A DNA stretch of 10,586 bases from Calditrichaceae bacterium (GTDB lineage Bacteria > Calditrichota > Calditrichia > Calditrichales > JBFXGD01). The stretch lies in assembly GCA_050178385.1 (NCBI GenBank), contig JBFXGD010000122.1:1-10586 (forward strand), in the 5' to 3' direction. The notes beneath the pieces are model-generated. The model had not been told where the DNA came from. It saw only the letters and a program-made list of their open reading frames with translations, and ran no database searches. Shown here in pieces: positions 7,408-10,586 of this stretch; position 1 is the first letter of the stretch; every line of letters starts with the position of its first letter. A program made the translations under genes and the position numbers.

Positions 7408-8403
7408 TTAATTTTCAATATTGACACCGGGGATATATTTGAGGGTTTTGTTGATGACATCAGAAAGCGACTCACGCGCGGTAAATCCTGCGGCGTGATA
7501 ATGACCGCCTCCACCGAATTTTCCCGCAATTTCCGCAACATTGATCCCATTTTTTGATCGTAAACCTACCAAAATTTCGTTGGTTTCCTTTTCTATGAAG
7601 ACGATAACCACATCCGCCTGATCGTTTTTACGCAGCAAGTCAATGATACCGTCAATTTCTTCAAGAGTAATTCCATGGGTGCCTAAAAGATCTTTGTCGG
7701 CAACGGCCCATGTTACTCTGCCATTGGAGCGAATATTGGACAATAATTGTCCCCAGGCCTTTAACTGTCGAAGATTTCCACTTTCAAACACACGGTTATA
7801 AATATCCGTTGGATCAATTCCCGCGCTCACCAGATCAGCGGCCATTTTGAATGTTGATACACCCGTCCTGTGAAATCTAAAACCACCTGAATCGGATAAT
7901 ATCGATGTGTATAATGCCTCGGCAATGGATCTGGAGATTTCTATATCGAAGTATTTGAAAAATTCATAAATTATTTCACCTGTCGCCACTTTTTCAAGAT
8001 CAACTAAAAGTAAATCGATCCAGTCCTGTTTAACCGGATGGTGATCAAGACAAACTTTAAATGCGGGACTGGCGTTAACAGGTTCGTAAAGATGATTCAA
8101 CCTGTCGAGCGCGCTGACATCCAGGATGATGATCACATCCGCGTTTTTGATGGCCATTTTCGTATGAGCATCATCGAGCCGGTTAATGAAATGCTCTGTT
8201 TTGAGAAATTCATATTTCGGAGGAATCTCACCGGGAACGATCACATCTACCGTTTTTCCTAAACTTTTCAAATACTGATTCAATGCCAGAAGCGAACCCA
8301 CCGCATCCCCGTCAGTATAAACATGACTGGTCAGCACAAATCGCTTATTCTGCAATATCAGTTTATATAGTTCTTCAAATTTTTTATTCATATACCGAAA
8401 CAA
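7408..8403 (-). CDS. nrnA: DHH-family phosphoesterase (bifunctional oligoribonuclease/pAp phosphatase, NrnA-like)
   Basis: SHVYTDGDAVGS, ILD, DHH, DSGGF and the DHHA1 motif GGGGHYHAAG. The start could be TTG 8403 or ATG 8391. Confidence 0.88.
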   Translation of the reverse strand: MFRYMNKKFEELYKLILQNKRFVLTSHVYTDGDAVGSLLALNQYLKSLGKTVDVIVPGEIPPKYEFLKTEHFINRLDDAHTKMAIKNADVIIILDVSALDRLNHLYEPVNASPAFKVCLDHHPVKQDWIDLLLVDLEKVATGEIIYEFFKYFDIEISRSIAEALYTSILSDSGGFRFHRTGVSTFKMAADLVSAGIDPTDIYNRVFESGNLRQLKAWGQLLSNIRSNGRVTWAVADKDLLGTHGITLEEIDGIIDLLRKNDQADVVIVFIEKETNEILVGLRSKNGINVAEIAGKFGGGGHYHAAGFTARESLSDVINKTLKYIPGVNIEN

Positions 8404-8554
8404 AACCTTTTATCTGATGAAAATCAATACTCATAGACCACATGTAACAACTGAAAAAATAAACTAATCACTAACAAAAGTTGTGATACATGTGTGTTTT
8501 TAGTAAGAATTTCAGTTTTTAGAGAAGGTTTTGTCTCCATAAATATCTATTTGT

Positions 8555-8610
8555 AAAAAAGCACCGGATTTTATACAATATTTTTTCACATAATGTATCC
8601 GGTTTTTTTT
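8555..8610 (-). terminator. Probable intrinsic terminator after icd, possibly bidirectional
   Basis: ACCGGAT (8563-8569) and ATCCGGT (8597-8603) arms with further ATACA/TGTAT pairing inside. Flanked by A6 (8555-8560) and T8 (8603-8610). It starts 9 nt past the icd stop codon. Confidence 0.65.
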
Positions 8611-8619
8611 CTTTACAGC

Positions 8620-9657
8620 TTATTTCAGTAAATTTATTTTTTCTATTATACCATCAACCATTTTATCGGTTGTGGCATTCCCGCCAAGATCCGGAGTCAG
8701 ACATTTTTTTTCAGAAAGGAAGAGCACCATCGCAGCCTGAATTCGGTCAGCGGCTTTGTCTTCGCCAAGATGGCGAAGCATCATATTGGCTGATAGAATC
8801 GTGGCCATCGGATTTGCAACTCCTTTGCCGGCAATATCCGGCGCGCTTCCATGAACTGATTCAAACACGGCGATCTCATCACCGAGATTTGCTCCGGGTA
8901 CAACTCCAAGCCCCCCGACCAGCCCCGCGGCCAGGTCAGAAATAATATCACCATAAAGATTGCCGAGAACCATCACATCAAACTGTTCAGGATGCATCAC
9001 CATCTGCATGGCGCAGTTATCTACTATTATTTCCTTATAAGTAATTTCCGGGTACTGGGCGGCGACCTTTCTAACACTGTCAAGGAATAGACCGTCACTT
9101 TTCTTCATAATATTGGCTTTGTGAACCGCGTGGATCGTTTTTCGTTTACGTTCGCTAGCCCATTTAAACGCGGCTTTCGCGATTCTAGTGGAAGCTTTTT
9201 CGGTAATAATTTTTAAACTTTGCGCTACACCGGGCGCGATTTCGTATTCCATTCCACTATACAGATCTTCAGTATTTTCTCTAAAAATGATCAGATCGAT
9301 CGGTGTGTGATGTAAAGAAATGCCAAGAGACGAACGTACCGGGCGCACATTTGAATAAAGATCCAACGCTTTTCTCAGACCGACATTAACCGATTGAAAT
9401 CCTCCCCCGATCGGTGTGGTGATAGGACCTTTTAGAGCAACTTTATTTTTTTTAATCGAATCCAGTGTTTCCTCAGGCAGCGTTGTGCCGTGTTTTTCAA
9501 GGGCAACTGAGCCTCCATCCGCAATTTCCCAGTCCACCACAATTCCGGCTGCCGCAATCACTCTGCGCGCGGCAGAAGTAACTTCCGGCCCAATCCCGTC
9601 ACCGGGTATAAGAGTGATATTGTATACTTTACCTTTATCTTTATTCTTATCCGACAT
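8620..9657 (-). CDS. icd: Isocitrate/isopropylmalate dehydrogenase family enzyme, most like NAD-dependent isocitrate dehydrogenase
   Basis: ITLIPGDGIGPEV, LKGPITTPIGGGFQSVNVGLRK, RENTEDLY, VHKANIMK, NLYGDIISDLAAGLVGGLG and FESVHGSAPDIAG. AAGGA SD. Substrate specificity is inferred from the S-x-N-V-x-L-R motif. Confidence 0.85.
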   Translation of the reverse strand: MSDKNKDKGKVYNITLIPGDGIGPEVTSAARRVIAAAGIVVDWEIADGGSVALEKHGTTLPEETLDSIKKNKVALKGPITTPIGGGFQSVNVGLRKALDLYSNVRPVRSSLGISLHHTPIDLIIFRENTEDLYSGMEYEIAPGVAQSLKIITEKASTRIAKAAFKWASERKRKTIHAVHKANIMKKSDGLFLDSVRKVAAQYPEITYKEIIVDNCAMQMVMHPEQFDVMVLGNLYGDIISDLAAGLVGGLGVVPGANLGDEIAVFESVHGSAPDIAGKGVANPMATILSANMMLRHLGEDKAADRIQAAMVLFLSEKKCLTPDLGGNATTDKMVDGIIEKINLLK

Positions 9658-9864
9658 TCTATATCCTTTATATTTTGATTTTTTCCATGTGCACTATAAA
9701 TATATCTTGATACATTGTTGATTAGTCGATGTAAATTGGACAGTTTTAAATATGATTCAAAACAGTGCTCAAATGTAATAAAAAAACAGAGAAATTAAAA
9801 AAAAATTGTGAATTTATACAATTAACGTATAAAGATAAGAATTGCTTTAACCAATGCGATGATC

Positions 9865-9899
9865 AAAAAAGGTACAAGGATGTAATTCAGCCTTGTACC
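9865..9899 (-). terminator. Intrinsic terminator of clpB
   Basis: On the minus strand GGTACAAGG-(11 nt)-CCTTGTACC, a perfect 9-bp stem, followed by TTTTTT. It starts 9 nt after the clpB stop. Confidence 0.85.
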
Positions 9900-9908
9900 C
9901 TGATCTTT

Positions 9909-10586
9909 TTAGTTTTTTTTAAAAGTTATCTTATCCGCCTCATAATCAATTTTAAATTGATCACCATGTATAATGTTTCCGGCAATCAGTTCTTTTGCCA
10001 GTTGATCTACAACCTCTTTCTGCAGCAGTCGTTTTAAAGGCCTGGCCCCGAATGCCGGATCATACCCTTTTTGTATAAGATAATCGATCGCACTAACGGA
10101 AAGCTCCGCGCTAAGTCCCTTTTCAGCGAGTAGTTTTTGTATAATCCCGAATTGTATCCGGATAATCTCTTTAAGATTTTTTTTGCTTAAAGCATGAAAC
10201 ACGATTATGTCATCGATGCGGTTTAAAAATTCCGGTCTCAGGCTCTGCTTTAGGATTTCAAATACCTTAACTTTAATATCTTCGTAGATCATCTCAGCAT
10301 CTGTCCCGGCCAATTCATCAGATCGTTCCCTGATGTACTGAGCGCCCAGATTGGAAGTCATGATTATTATTGTATTCTTAAAATTTACCGTTCTTCCCTT
10401 ATTATCTGTCAATCGCCCGTCATCAAGAACCTGGAGCAGAATATTAAAGACATCGTGATGCGCCTTTTCTATTTCATCGAGTAAAACGACAGAATATGGC
10501 TTCCGGCGAACGCGCTCGGTGAGTTGTCCGCCTTCATCATAACCCACATATCCCGGTGGCGCGCCGATGAGACGGGAGACACTGTG
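9909..10586 (-). CDS. clpB: ATP-dependent chaperone ClpB (C-terminal part; extends beyond the window)
   Basis: Frame open to 10586: HSVSRLIGAPPGYVGYDEGGQLTERVRRKPYSVVLLDEIEKAH...LDDGRLTDNKGRTVNFKNT...RPEFLNRIDD...FGARPLKR. ClpC cannot be fully excluded without the middle domain. Confidence 0.88.
   Translation of the reverse strand, partial: HSVSRLIGAPPGYVGYDEGGQLTERVRRKPYSVVLLDEIEKAHHDVFNILLQVLDDGRLTDNKGRTVNFKNTIIIMTSNLGAQYIRERSDELAGTDAEMIYEDIKVKVFEILKQSLRPEFLNRIDDIIVFHALSKKNLKEIIRIQFGIIQKLLAEKGLSAELSVSAIDYLIQKGYDPAFGARPLKRLLQKEVVDQLAKELIAGNIIHGDQFKIDYEADKITFKKN

Noticed and set aside
7078..10037. Plus-strand ORFs opposite aroC, nrnA, icd and clpB (7078..7290, 7194..7424, 8038..8262, 8670..8945, 9416..9721, 9765..10037)
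   Set aside because: They are antisense shadows of conserved housekeeping genes. 9765..10037 also runs through the clpB terminator.
1..10586. CRISPR arrays, IS elements, prophage or defence genes, tRNA/rRNA
   Set aside because: By eye I found no spaced direct repeats, transposase or integrase motifs, or tRNA/rRNA-like sequence. tRNA-Sec was not seen in this window.

Overview
AT-rich bacterial chromosomal window made mostly of housekeeping genes with ordinary Shine-Dalgarno sites. In order: a partial geranylgeranyl-reductase-family flavoprotein (-), a secreted M64 metallopeptidase (-), cystathionine beta-synthase with C-terminal CBS domains (+), a secreted TPR protein (+), then on the minus strand a small gene, aroC, a DHH/NrnA phosphoesterase, an NAD-type isocitrate dehydrogenase-family enzyme and the 3' end of clpB. 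The main hidden feature, absent from the ORF track, is a 75-aa SelW/Rdx-family selenoprotein gene (5999..6226, -). It has an in-frame TGA in a CxxU motif followed by a bacterial SECIS-like hairpin, and it is the last gene of an nrnA-aroC-selW cluster. Intergenic regions also hold three candidate small ORFs (one with a strong SD), two intrinsic terminators and a possible structured leader. No mobile element, CRISPR array, tRNA or rRNA was seen.
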